From the NCBI RefSeq assembly GCF_003704095.1, contig NW_020845863.1, forward strand, positions 372,001-436,000: a stretch of 64,000 nucleotides of DNA, in the 5' to 3' direction. The notes under the pieces were generated by a model. That model saw nothing but the letters and a program-made list of their open reading frames with translations, searched no databases and was not told the DNA's origin. The translations under genes were made by a program, and so were the position numbers. How positions within the stretch are numbered: position 1 is the first letter of the stretch; each line of letters opens with the position of its first letter. This document shows, one piece after another, positions 1-12,500 of this stretch. The stretch comes from Pocillopora damicornis (lineage: Eukaryota).

Positions 1-1023
1 AGATACCTATGGAAACAAAATTTTGTTATGATGCAGTACTGCTACAAGTTTAGGGGCATCATACTAAGATTTAGGTTTTTTGGGTTTAACAGTCTTAGCC
101 ATTTTCAAAATCAGTTTTTCAGCTCTGACATGACTAAATGGTTTATGAAACTGAACAGGGAAAATGGAAAATGAAAATGTAAAATGGAAAATGTTTGTTA
201 CCCCTTTGGTATTCTGTTTTTTTTTCTCCTTATTGATGTTTGCTTTTCAGTATTTGTGAAAGAAGAGTGGGCCATTCTTTTTTATGTTTTCCAACTTAGC
301 CTTGGCATATTGGCATACAATGCAGTTTTGAGTTTTCCCTCTCAAGAGCTAGTTCTGTGTTTGAATAAGGGTTAGTTTGTTTGTCATTACACTTCAAAAG
401 CAGTTTTGATCATCAATCTTGGTTTTTGCTTTTGAAGGAAATGTTGGCCAGTATAATTTCTGCTTTTAGATTTAGACGCAAGTAGACCTCTTCCAGAAAT
501 TTTGCAGATAATACAAGAAGTGGGAGGTCGTTTATGAGCTACTGTAAAAATAGTACAGAAATTATTCTAAGAAACTAATAAATTGAAGTTTTTTGAAGGA
601 GTGACATGAGCCAAAAGGTGAGGAGAGGGTGGGGGACATGGACAAATTGGTACCAGTAATGTATATAACTGCTAGAGTTTATTACAGCAACGACTGAGTG
701 GTGAGTACCTAGAGCTTTTTTAATTCCAAGATCTTCTACACTTTGTTGTCTCCAAGTTGCGATATATAAGCTTGTTTAATTACGTCATGTCACGGAGGTT
801 TATAAAAATTGAAAATCCTGCAGCGAGAAATTGCATGCGCATGCTAAATAACGTCAAAGAATGAGGGTGCCTAGAGTTAAAGTTTTCCTTTAAAGTAACC
901 TTAGAATTTTTCTTACCCAAATGTGTTACCTCTGTTCATGATCTAGGGCTGTTGTAACGTTACATGTTACATAACTCTGATGATACGAGTATAGACAAGC
1001 CGATATATATTTTTTCAACTCAC

Positions 1024-1305
1024 TTGTGCCGCTAGGAATGCATTTGTGTGATATGGCAACGGGAACAACTGCAAGGTAAACTGGACAGTTTCAGGACCGT
1101 ACATATCTGCGACTTTTTTGAGAGTCGGCCATGCTTGTTGACAATCCGGGCAAGTCAAATCAACAAATGCTTCCAAGTGAATTGGTGCAGTCGGCTCGCC
1201 TCCTTTATAGACAAAACCCAGCGGACGTTTAGGTAAAGGAATCTGTGAGTTACCAGCAGTTATCAATACTGCAGCGAGCAACAGGTGCGACGCAAATTTC
1301 GTCAT
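1024..1305 (-). CDS. First coding exon of a secreted DsbA-like/Thioredoxin_4-fold oxidoreductase (gene continues beyond the window start)
   Basis: ATG at 1305; signal peptide MTKFASHLLLAAVLITAGNS; motif LEAFVDLTCPDC (CxxC) followed by FPLPYHTNAF; exon ends AAQ|gtgagt, with the donor at 1023-1018. Confidence 0.8.
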
Positions 1306-1451
1306 GACGGTTTCACCAGTGTTGAATTAGTCGTGTGCCACATATTTATTCCACCAAGAAAAGTCACATGACGAAGAGGCACGTCACGCGACAAGTAATC
1401 AAGGGTGACTCAGCACTTACTTCATGTATACTTTCACAGCAACTACTTCAT

Positions 1452-1915
1452 GTATACTTTCACTTGATTCAGGCTTTATTGTCGACAATTCAGCATTACA
1501 CGTTCCGTTCTACGATCTATCTATTCTATTCCAATCTAACTTAGGGTTACAAAAATTTCTACATTCATTAGCTTAAGAAATCTACACCCAGATACGCAAT
1601 TTCGTGCGGGATTCAAGACTTGCTCACGTTGTTCTATAACGATTTGTGGGTAAGAATTTCCTATCAAACATAGCTTTACTTGACAATCTTACTAATATGT
1701 TCCTACGCGCTTTACGCCCTGGAAATACCTAATTTGAAATATCACTGTTCGCAAAACTAATTCGATTCCTATGACTACTACTACTTAAATGGTGACGTAA
1801 ATGCTTTACTTAGACGGTAGAAAAATTTTTACTGTAAAGGGTAACGAAATTACAACTTACTTGATACACAATTAAAATTATAATAAGTCAAGGAAATCAA
1901 TTTTGAGCATGGAAT
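1452..1915 (+). repeat. Dispersed ~450-bp repeat, copy 1 (copy 2 at ~62137-62585)
   Basis: Colinear similarity from gtatactttcacttgat(t/c)caggctttattg to ggtaacgaaatta..acttacttgatacacaat between the two loci. Confidence 0.85.
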
Positions 1916-2334
1916 CGCTTCACCAGAGTCCTTGTGGACGTAGCCTGTAGAGCAGGTGTAATTTTTTAGTGAACGAGTGCTCAGTATTTTCTTAGCGAAA
2001 ATTATAGCCGCCTTCTTTGATTTTAATGGCAGCGGAAGGGTGGGGAGAGAAAGAAATTTGTACCAAAGGGGCAGTCGACGGTAAAAAAACAAGCAGAGGG
2101 GTAGGGGTGGGGGACTGAAGAGTGGTGGACGTAGATATTAGTTTTCCGCAAAATTTCGTGACGTATTATCGTGACAATATCCAATATCTGGATTCTTACA
2201 GCGTTAATTCACATCAAGATAACACACATGGATTAAATCGTCATGAAAATGTTTGCGTCAAGATCGATATAATTGCCTCCACTGAAAAAAAAGGGAAAGG
2301 AAAGAAAGATTCTTAACTTATTTACATTCAAATG

Positions 2335-2512
2335 GTTAAGAATATATGAAAGTCATATATTTGAACTGCGGATAAAGACGTGAATGAAAGTGATCCTCGC
2401 AGTAATGTGCACTACTTAGGCAGTAGTGAAAATAAGGCCTGAAAAAAAATTCAGGCCTTATTTTCACTACTGCCTAAGTAGTGCACATTACTGCGAGGAT
2501 CACTTTCATTCA
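2335..2512. repeat. Palindromic derivative of the tRNA-SINE family (perfect hairpin 2381-2512)
   Basis: tgaatgaaagtgatcctcgcagtaatgtgcactacttaggcagtagtgaaaataaggcctgaa is followed after a short A-rich spacer by its exact reverse complement; the arm sequence matches the SINE body at ~38690-38810. Confidence 0.85.
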
Positions 2513-2941
2513 CTTATTTACGTTCTTTGAAAAGTACACAATTATTCTTTCCCGCTAAATGTTTTTAATTGTCTCAATAACAGATGGACCCAGCTTTTAG
2601 TTTCAACACACTCGAGTGTTAAAAAACGGCTGGGGGCAATTTTGTGTAACAACTATGTCTAGTCATTATTATGTTGGTTATATTTGTTAATATGATGTCT
2701 GAAAGTTCAAATCACAGCTTTGCGACTGACACAAACCAGAACCAAGATGGAATGATAATCTGACAAAGATGAGACATGGAACCCTAGCAATGTAACGTAA
2801 AACGAGAGAAAAATAAAGAACGGTAAACGGACATCTACCTTGTCATCTACGTATGTTTCGTGATGAGGAGACAATTAGCATACTACATAAACATCGCACG
2901 AGCGAGGTCTGGCTCGACTATGATATAAGGTGTTTCGCATC

Positions 2942-5302
2942 ATGGCTAAAGATGCGCGAAGAAAAGTTTTAATTCTGCAAATTGTTTGTGTCTTTCTTGC
3001 ATTATTGTCATTGGGTCTGCTGATCGCATTAATTGTGGTGTCAACAAGAGATAAGAATGGAAGTTTGGAAAATGAATCGTCCTCCCAAGCCAATGATTTT
3101 TGCCCAGATAACACACGGCTGAAACTTCAGTCAGTACGCTCCACGGGTCTATTCAACGACTTAACCAAGGATGAGATAATCGCTGTTCGTGACTACATCC
3201 TGAGCCAGCCGTCCATGAACGTTACACCTTATGAACAAGCGGCCATAAACATGAACTTCATTTACTTAATTGAGCTGCAGCAACCACTTAAAGACGAAGC
3301 GCTTGCATTTCTCGATAGCAACAACGACGCCTTAAAGCCCGAACGCAAGGCTCGTGTCGTTATTTTTAATGGAGGAAAAGGTAACCCGGACGTAAAAGAA
3401 TATCTCGTGAGTCCAGCTGCGAAACCGACCAAACATGAAGAAACAACCGGCCCCGGTCAAAAATATCCGATTCCGTTTGATTCTCGCCCACCGGGAGGTA
3501 AGGATATCGAAGTTATAGAACGCATTGTCTTGAACGTAACAAAACAAGCCTTTGACTTGCTGAAGGAAAGCTTCGATGGGTACACATACAGTGGCTGTAC
3601 TGACCGCTGCTTAGTATGGTCCGAGTCTGCACCCGGACAGTCTGGCCACCGTGAGAAATGGATCTGGTTTGTTCGGAAACTACAGGGAAGCTACGTGCAT
3701 CCGGTTGGCTTTGAGATCTATCTTAACACACAAGGCAACGATGTTTCCCTGTGGAAAGTTGAAAAAGTGTTCTATTATAATCAGTCATTTGATAGTGTTG
3801 AAGAACTGATGCAAGGTTACAAGAACGGCACTCTACACAAAGTCTTTCTCCCTGCGCCATCTTCCTCGAGTGAAACGCCTTTGTACTCGTCTTATTTTCA
3901 GCGAGGAAAACCACAACCCTCGATACCCTTGAGACCACCCCAACTGGTTGAGCCCGATGGTAAGCGCTATACCGTCAGCGGAAGTCACGTGGAATACATG
4001 AAGTGGAGTTTTGATTTTCGTTCCCGCAGTTCCACTGGGATGCAGCTGTTTGATATCAAATTCGACGGCGAAAGAATCGTGTATGAACTCAGTCTCCAGG
4101 AGGCTGCAGCATTTTACTCAGGGTGGAGTCCCATGCAGATGTTGACCGAATATCTCGATGCCTCCTGGGGCATGGGCAGCAGCAAGTTTGAACTTGTCCC
4201 AGGCATTGACTGCCCAAGCACGGCCACATTCTTCGACACAATTCATTTTGTAAGCAGCAGTGAGCCAGCTACTTACCGGAAATCGGTGTGTTTATTTGAG
4301 CTTGACCTTGGTCTCCCGTTACGCAGACATTTTGATAACGACTTTGAGGGTGGTTACAATTTCTACGGAGGAATGCCAGGAAATGCTTTAGTTTTGCGCT
4401 CCGTTTCCACTGCATACAACTACGATTATATTTATGATTATTTGTTCTATCCCAACGGTGTCGTGGAGGTCAGGGTGTCGACGAGTGGTTACGTGCAAGC
4501 TACCTATTGGACGGCAAACGAGGCTCCGTACGGTACCGAGATTCATACTGGCGTTGCCGGAACTATTCACGATCATTTGATCAACTACAAAGTGGACTTA
4601 GACATTGGAGGAAGAAAGAACTCCTTTGAGAATATCGACATCAAAGTGGAAAACATCTCTAATCCCTGGTTTCCAGGCTCCAGAAGAATACAAAAGGTGC
4701 TCAGTCGCAGCCTAAAGCAGACCGAACAAGAAGCCACCTATCATCAAAATTTTGAACATCCCAAGTACCTGAACTTTTTCAGCGATGGAAACGTGAATAA
4801 GATGAACGTCAATCGAGGTTATCGTATCCACATCCGAGACATGATGAAACAAATATACCCCAATGACTGGGAACTAATGTCAGGAGCCATCTGGACACAG
4901 AACCAGATGACGGTCACTAAACGCAAAGAAGAGGAAGAGAGAAGCTCCTCCATTTATAACCAGAACAGCATGCACGACCCCGTTGTGGATTTCTCAAAAT
5001 TCACTGCAGATAACGAAAATATAGTGAATGAAGATCTGGTTGCCTGGGTAACAGTGGGCGTGATGCACATACCTCATTCCGTAGATATTCCGAACACTGC
5101 TACTGCAGCCAATTCAGCCAGCTTTTTCCTGCGACCGTACAACTATTTCAGCGAAGATCCATCCATGGCGTCTCAAGATGGAATACTCATTTTGCCCACC
5201 AAAAACGGCGCTGACGTCAACACATTTGGAACTCCAGATGGACCTTCGTGCGCTATAAAAAACAAACCTGTGAAATACACTGGTAATTACGGAGGCGCTT
5301 AA
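2942..5302 (+). CDS. Copper-containing (TPQ) amine oxidase, AOC1/AOC3 family; type II membrane-anchored; single exon; 786 aa from the first ATG
   Basis: Basic N-terminus plus TM (VLILQIVCVFLALLSLGLLIALIVV); TPQ consensus STAYNYDY; Cu ligands IHDH and HIPH; putative catalytic Asp in EYLDASWGMG; ENEDLVAWV-like and FFLRPYNYF motifs; no introns. Confidence 0.95.
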   Translation: MAKDARRKVLILQIVCVFLALLSLGLLIALIVVSTRDKNGSLENESSSQANDFCPDNTRLKLQSVRSTGLFNDLTKDEIIAVRDYILSQPSMNVTPYEQAAINMNFIYLIELQQPLKDEALAFLDSNNDALKPERKARVVIFNGGKGNPDVKEYLVSPAAKPTKHEETTGPGQKYPIPFDSRPPGGKDIEVIERIVLNVTKQAFDLLKESFDGYTYSGCTDRCLVWSESAPGQSGHREKWIWFVRKLQGSYVHPVGFEIYLNTQGNDVSLWKVEKVFYYNQSFDSVEELMQGYKNGTLHKVFLPAPSSSSETPLYSSYFQRGKPQPSIPLRPPQLVEPDGKRYTVSGSHVEYMKWSFDFRSRSSTGMQLFDIKFDGERIVYELSLQEAAAFYSGWSPMQMLTEYLDASWGMGSSKFELVPGIDCPSTATFFDTIHFVSSSEPATYRKSVCLFELDLGLPLRRHFDNDFEGGYNFYGGMPGNALVLRSVSTAYNYDYIYDYLFYPNGVVEVRVSTSGYVQATYWTANEAPYGTEIHTGVAGTIHDHLINYKVDLDIGGRKNSFENIDIKVENISNPWFPGSRRIQKVLSRSLKQTEQEATYHQNFEHPKYLNFFSDGNVNKMNVNRGYRIHIRDMMKQIYPNDWELMSGAIWTQNQMTVTKRKEEEERSSSIYNQNSMHDPVVDFSKFTADNENIVNEDLVAWVTVGVMHIPHSVDIPNTATAANSASFFLRPYNYFSEDPSMASQDGILILPTKNGADVNTFGTPDGPSCAIKNKPVKYTGNYGGA

Positions 5303-6513
5303 CAATTTCAACCCGTTACGGGTCATTAGCGTATACGCCTTTGATTCACTAATCAGGCTTAAGATTACATTTTAACCGATGTTACGTATCTGTAGTGTGA
5401 TGCATAGGAGATCGTATGAACGCCTGTGCAGTTTGAGCTTTTTCTTTTCGTTTATTTTGTTTGCGTTCTACGTCAGGAGAACACAAACTTTTCATATCGC
5501 TTTTTCTGGATACTGAAAAATTTACAGGTTTGGGCGCCATCTTGGACTGGCTGGCCACTAGCCTCGATTTTTTATGCGAGAGCGTTGGATCCCGCCAATG
5601 TGATGACATTTTCTTCAGTGTTCCATAGCAATGTCCATAATACCCAAATTCACGATTGGTTCAAGTTTACAACTTAACCAACCGATTGCGGTTTAGGAGC
5701 CTGATCGATTTCACTTGACTTGATATATTAATCCTTCTTATTGTAACCAGTTTTAGAAACTTTAAAATGATTCTGTGCCAGTTTCATTTTGTCAAGTTGG
5801 TTTACATGGAACATGACCTGTAAGGAATAAATGATACCAAGATAGCGGCTTATACCCGCAACTACATCTCTTCTGCTCCTGCTTGTGGCACCTAAGTCAA
5901 TCGCAAATACGGAATGAGCTGATCTAGGTATTTATCCAACCTGAACCGTATTACCCCGACACAAAAACACTATCTATAGTCCACACATGGGTCTCACTTC
6001 CTGTTCAATCACCGAACCCGTAAACGTCGCTTGTTTCGGAATTCTATCAACACATACTTCTTTTCCTCAGTATTTAATCTAGATGTAAAGACTAAACCAT
6101 CAACAGAAACATATTGCAACATATCTATTCTCATTTCCACATCAAATTCTTTCCTGTAACACGGTTTAAATGTCCCTTTCTTATTGGAGCAAAACTGCAA
6201 CATAACAGTGCGATGTTGCGTTCTAATATTGTTGGTGAGTCCGCCTTAAAAAGTAAAGTCAAACTACATCCTTGTTAGGATCGTGCTCATGATGGTTATC
6301 ACCTATAATCAATACCAACGCACTGAATGACTTCATTACGCCACGTTACCAGTTACCACATGATGCCTTGCGTCAATCCAGGGCCCCACGGATTTGTGCG
6401 CCGTCATTTACTTTCCCTTGTCATTTAATACCCATCTTTTCGTTCTCATTAAGAAGATATACATCTTAAATGTTTGGTGTCTTAAAGTGAAGTAACCTTC
6501 CCTTGAGTTTTTT

Positions 6514-9500
6514 TCATTGGTATTCATCCTTGAACATCTGATAAATGTAGGTTGTTGTGACTAATAGCAATTGCATGATCCGCCACACTCTGTTGCCAGG
6601 TAACATGTCAGTAAAAGAAGTAACTTGGCTAAGGTATTGACGGTCTGTTGTTGTAGAGGCGATGGTGCGAACGACAACTTGTGTGTACACAAAAATAATG
6701 ATCAGGCGAAGGTAAAGAGGTCTGAGACCTTTTCTGTGGGGCTGGAGATCCACTTCCTGTAATGTACTGTATTCATCATCCTAAAAAAAAGACTAGATGA
6801 CTTTAATCAAATCCTTTCACTGCTACTAATGACCGTTAAGAAATCCCTTCTTACAGTATCAATACACAGCCATGCAGATAAGTGTAAAGAAGAAAATAAA
6901 CTAAGTAACAGCTAGAAGTTATTGTCCGGATATCACGCCAAACCACTGAAAAGAAAATGTATAGCTGCTCGACGCATGCACACCCTTGTTCTGTTAAAAG
7001 CAGCTGCCTTTATCCTACAATTTAAAGGTTTCTGATTGCCAATTTGAAATGAAAGCAAACAAAAGAAATTTATTCAGAGACAAGAAACAACCCAAACCCT
7101 TACTGGACAGACTTTAAAGGTAATTGAGCGAAGTTATTGAAATGTTTCAGTGTTACTACTTACCTCTTTCTGGTAAAAGAAAGTCGGAGTCAAAGTCACG
7201 AACCCAACAACACTTGCAATCCTCATCAAAGCAAGCAGAAGACACGTGGGTGAGATGAACATCGAAAATATTCTTTTAACACGCGTCGCATGCGCTGAAA
7301 AATGAAAACAAATCAATTAATCAAAGAGTAGATAGTGAAATTAGATATGACATCACGAGGTTGTTTATTTTCGCCACTTGCATTCAGCTTGTTATACGGA
7401 GTTAGGAAAAGCGTGAAGGAACTCGTTCACAATTGCTTCAGATTCAAAAGCTCGAAGTAAAGATAGACGCATTGACGAACAGGATGCGATTCAGCTTGGG
7501 GGTTTCAAAATGACAGGCCAAGACAAACCAACTGGATTCAAACGCAGCAACCCTCGAGTATTGTCTTTAAGGTACTTGATACGACTTTACGGAATGTCCT
7601 TAATAGTGGCATTACCCGGAAACCATTGGTCAGTTCACCGACAAATATCAGGCGAAGTGACCGGTAACCATAGTGGCTCTTAGGTGATTGAACCAGCCGC
7701 GTCAACCTGCTTTACATGTACAGTATTTACTCGGCTGTAAGTCCAGCTTTGCTATAAGACGAGATACCAAACTTGTAAAATGTAGAAGCAGTCTAACAAA
7801 CACGGAAAATAAAGCAAGAACAACTGGCTAATGACTGATTTTAATTTTTAACAAAAACCTGACATTTACTTAAAAGAAGTTACACTGAAAACTACCTATA
7901 TATCAAATGAAAGGTACATTAATTTCTTTCCTTCACGTTTACAGTTTCTAGGCAGCATCTTTACATACCTATGCTTACTTTCGCCATCGATAAGAACACC
8001 TTGAGGAATGAACGGTTATCGGCGACTTGTCTATTTAAAAAGCATAGGGTATAAAAAAAATTACGAAAGATTTGCAGCAGAGCCTATGTTTCCGACCGAA
8101 ACAAACTGCATATGTACACGAATAAATAAATAAATAAATAAATAAATATGCATAATAAATGAGATATTTTTTAGAGAGACAACACGGAAAAATAAAGGAA
8201 ACAGTAAACAGAAACCAGCAACGAACTCAACCCACAGTGACATATCACCTCAGCTTTATGGAGGTTTCGTCCAATTGTTAGTTCGTTCCCTACCACCTTT
8301 GCGAGTTCGCCCACTGTAGTGAAACAAATTGACCTTTACTTTCACAAGGTTGCCCCCAAATCCTTCTACTTGTGTCCTCACGGCAGATAGTATTTATTTT
8401 CAGTCGAAATCACAAAGTATTTTGATCAACATGCATTATTTTTCCTGAGAACCTCCAGTTACCCCATGTCGAAAATAAACCCTTGGCCACAGGGGTGGGG
8501 TACGATTATATTCTCTGTTGTTGACTTGTACTCTTTTCAACTCTTGAACATAGGCCCTTATTTGGAAGGATTTCAGGATCTTTACAATACTACTTTGTGG
8601 CCGGCCATTTCCCTAGACTGCCTATAACCGCAGTAGAGAGTAAAGAGGCCCTGAAGGGGGAGAGGGGTGGGGATAACAAAGGCTCTGTACACTTTCAAAA
8701 TTTGTACCCTTCACTAGATAAAAACGAAAAGGAACTCTGAAGGAGTGAACGGCATTCCAAGAAAACTTCTTATTTCAAACAAATCAGAAAGAATACAGGT
8801 ACTATGTAGAGGGCGGCAAAGGGTTTGTGCGTGACGCATGATTAAGCTCAAAATTAAGACGTGACACGTGAATTTCTCAGAAGGGCAAGGTAAGCTAAGA
8901 TCTGGAAATTGTCCTTTTAAATCCAAAATCCGAGTGAAATACTGCCTAAAGTGCATGTGTTCCGTGAATTTTNNNNNNNNNNNNNNNNNNNNNNNNNNNN
9001 NNNNNNNNNNNNNNNNNNNNNNNNNNNNNNNNNNNNNNNNNNNNNNNNNNNNNNNNNNNNNNNNNNNNNNNNNNNNNNNNNNNNNNNNNNNNNNNNNNNN
9101 NNNNNNNNNNNNNNNNNNNNNNNNNNNNNNNNNNNNNNNNNNNNNNNNNNNNNNNNNNNNNNNNNNNNNNNNNNNNNNNNNNNNNNNNNNNNNNNNNNNN
9201 NNNNNNNNNNNNNNNNNNNNNNNNNNNNNNNNNNNNNNNNNNNNNNNNNNNNNGCACATCTAAGGAATTTTCTTGCATCAATCTTTCCTGTTTCATAACC
9301 CAAACAATAAAAATCATCACAAGGCTAACAACAGCTGCATCAGATATGATACCTGAAGGAATACAGAAAGAAAAGAGGAAATGCAATAAAAATATATTTT
9401 TCTTTTAAGTAGGTCAAATATTCAACATTTGTCTAATAAACATAGGCAGGTAAAACTCAAACATCATATAAATAAATAGATAAATACTGACATTGGCTCC

Positions 9501-12500
9501 ATATATTTTACCAATGAACCAGACTGCACTTTCTATGGTTCATGATTTACGAAATTTCCTCCTGTTCTCCCAATATCCTGTGTGGGCTTAATTTCAGTGC
9601 AACACCAATGTAGAATGTGGTCTATTTCTTAAATAAATCAGTGAATACATGTATAGGTTTTATCCAAGGCATACTCATAACTGTTACTTTATCTGCTATT
9701 ACAATTAACCAAACTGTGACTTGCACTCTTAATTAATTCAGCCATTCCAATTTATCTCCTTTGACTAGAATCTGTGACTTGCATTCTTAGTTATTTATGC
9801 CATTTGAATATATCTCCTCTGATTAAAAGTCTGTGCATGGTTGCATGCACTGATCAATAGAATGGTTCTCTGATGAAGAAAAGACCACACTCCAGTAAAT
9901 CACTGTCCAGAATTCTCACTACATTTAGCTTGTTGCTATCAGAGCTACTTGCCTTCTTCCTTATACAAGCAAATAAATAACACCAAAATTGTTAAAATGA
10001 CTGCAACTCCTGCACACCTGTAACAGGAGTATTTGAAAAAAGAAATTATTTGTAAGAAGCTTTGAAAGAAAATCCTTTGGAGTCATTTGGAAATCTTTGG
10101 AAATCTTTATAATTATTAAATATATTTTGGAAATTCTGGAGGAGCCTCCATTGAGTCTATTTGAGAATCTACAAATGTGGCGAATGTGGAAAAACATAGG
10201 AAGAAAATAATCTTCCCTATACAGTCAGTCAATGTGATACAATTAGCACAGGGTTACATTCTGTAAAGCCATATCCAGGAACTAAGACACATCAAGCTTC
10301 TTTTCCAAGTAATAAGGCCCTTCCAATGAGTGTAATTAGAACCCTTGGACAATTATTATTCCATCAAAAATGAAAGCTTAAGACTCACCAAGTTTCTGTG
10401 TGTGTTGAGTGAATATCTGTGAACAAATGATAGCTGAGATATATTGACAAAATGTATGCAACTCCTGAGATTGCTAAAATGGAAGTCTGAAAAACAAACA
10501 GGCAACTGAGGTTGTACACTCTTGGATGAATAAAATCACATGTTAACTGTATGTAAAATAATAATAATTATTCTTTGTATCTACCACACAGGTAAATAGT
10601 GCTTTTAGAGGGCACTGGTTGACAGGTGCAGAAATAATAAGCAAGTACTGTTTTGCTCCATCCAGTTAAAGGAAAAATTCTGCATCAGCAATTTAATTTC
10701 CAACCATTTTATGGTTCATTGACTGAAATAAACTTATTTTTTAGTTCATGCAAGGAATATATTAAAATGACTATTCACCTCAGTTTTGGGGACAGTGGTG
10801 GATAGTTACCTCACTGCTTTGCATCTCAGTAGATAACCATTATCATTCACCTCCACTTTGGTAAATAATTGTTAAATTGCTAATTTAAATAATTAACATA
10901 AAGTTGAACTAAAATCACCTTTACATGTAGCTTCTGATTTCACAGAAGATACACAATCTCAGTCATTGCTTACAATAGACAAAGTGAAAAAAAAAGAACT
11001 AAGACTACTTAGTCACTGTAAATATGAAAAGGGACCCAAATGCTGTTGCTGAAGGCCCACAGAGGCTTAGTTAGATAGAATACCTTAACTATAACTGGTT
11101 GGTCTTCAATCTCATTCACAAAAGATTGACTGATGTACATCACCACTAAAACAACTTGTATTGCCTCAACAAACAAAAGTGCAAATTCTGAACACTGAAG
11201 AAGCTTCAGATAGCACCAGACCACAATGGTTGGGGCTGTGTTGAAAGGGAGGAAAAGGAGAACAGCAAATGACAGCAACTGTAGCATAGGTATTGCAGCT
11301 TTCTAAAGGGTGAACAAAAAATAAAAAAGAGCAGATTACACATTTAAATTCACCACAGTTTTTGTGTTTGAATATGGCCTTAAGTGTTCTCTGAGGATGC
11401 ATGGAGAGGATGACGGCAAATAAGTACTTGTTTGAACAGGAAGGACTGATTTTTAAAATGTAAAGAATGTGTTCACTTTAAATTGATCATGATCTACTTT
11501 GTTTTAGATTTTGTCCATTTATTAACCTTAAACCTTCCAAGAAGTAAAATACATTCTGTCTTATAATAAAAAATCTATAATCAAGGTATTTCTTCTCTTT
11601 GGATAAGCTGTGTGTTGTGTTGCATACTATTTGTGCTTGTTGTGTTAGAGTCCTGATAGTTGTGGCTTTGTGTGATGATGGGTTGTAGGATGACTTGTCT
11701 CGTAATCTGCTAGTGTATGTTGGTTTCCTGTAAACTGTTGTATATAGCAAGTTGTAGTCATGGTTTAGACAGCCTAGAAGAGGAAGTTTACCATTTCCTT
11801 TGACTTCTCTGGTAAACTGTATGTCAGTGTTTCATCTGGTGTACTGCATTGATTTTATTTTTTTGCATAGCAGTGAATATATTGTTAACGCAAGATATCC
11901 AAGATGGTATCATCTGTTGGAAAATCAAAAGGGTGTGTTCCTCCTTTTCTACATCACAATTTGTGTCACAACAACAGAAACCAGAGACCTCATAGCTGTA
12001 TTTTGTAGTGTTTAATGTTACACTGAAAGTAAGTTGATGTTAAGCAAATGTTCAATTCAACTAAACCAAGACTAGCAGAAACCTCATAACAAGACAGACT
12101 AAACACAAGCAGGCAACCAGGAAAGGTGATGTCAACAATCACATTGCTGAAAATTAGCGCCTTATGAAACACAATATTGACTGGGACTCAGCACAATGCC
12201 CAACCTACAGCACTAACTACTTTCAGTGACTGACTCTGGAAAGATGGTTTACTAACTTAAAACAAACTCCCCGCAACAGGTTCACCATACAAATGGCTTA
12301 AAAAACAAACAAACCAAACAGGTTGACCTAATTTTACCAACAGATCAAAACCAACCAATCATGACCACTTGAGTCTTACAGTCAATTATATTATGGCAAA
12401 ACTGACCAATCAGTTTATAAGAACTGGACTTAGAATATTCAACTTGCAACAACTATTCACCTGACCCTGATAATGACTTCCACTCAGGTTGTTGAAGCAT

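Noticed and set aside
3332-5326. Antisense and alternative-frame ORFs overlapping the amine oxidase and GT10 genes
   Set aside because: Short shadow ORFs of real coding sequence, without motifs.
8714-9303. Long ORFs spanning N runs (also near 14.9, 19.7, 23.7 and 24.9 kb)
   Set aside because: Artefacts of translating through gaps; only 9254-9352 is a real exon.
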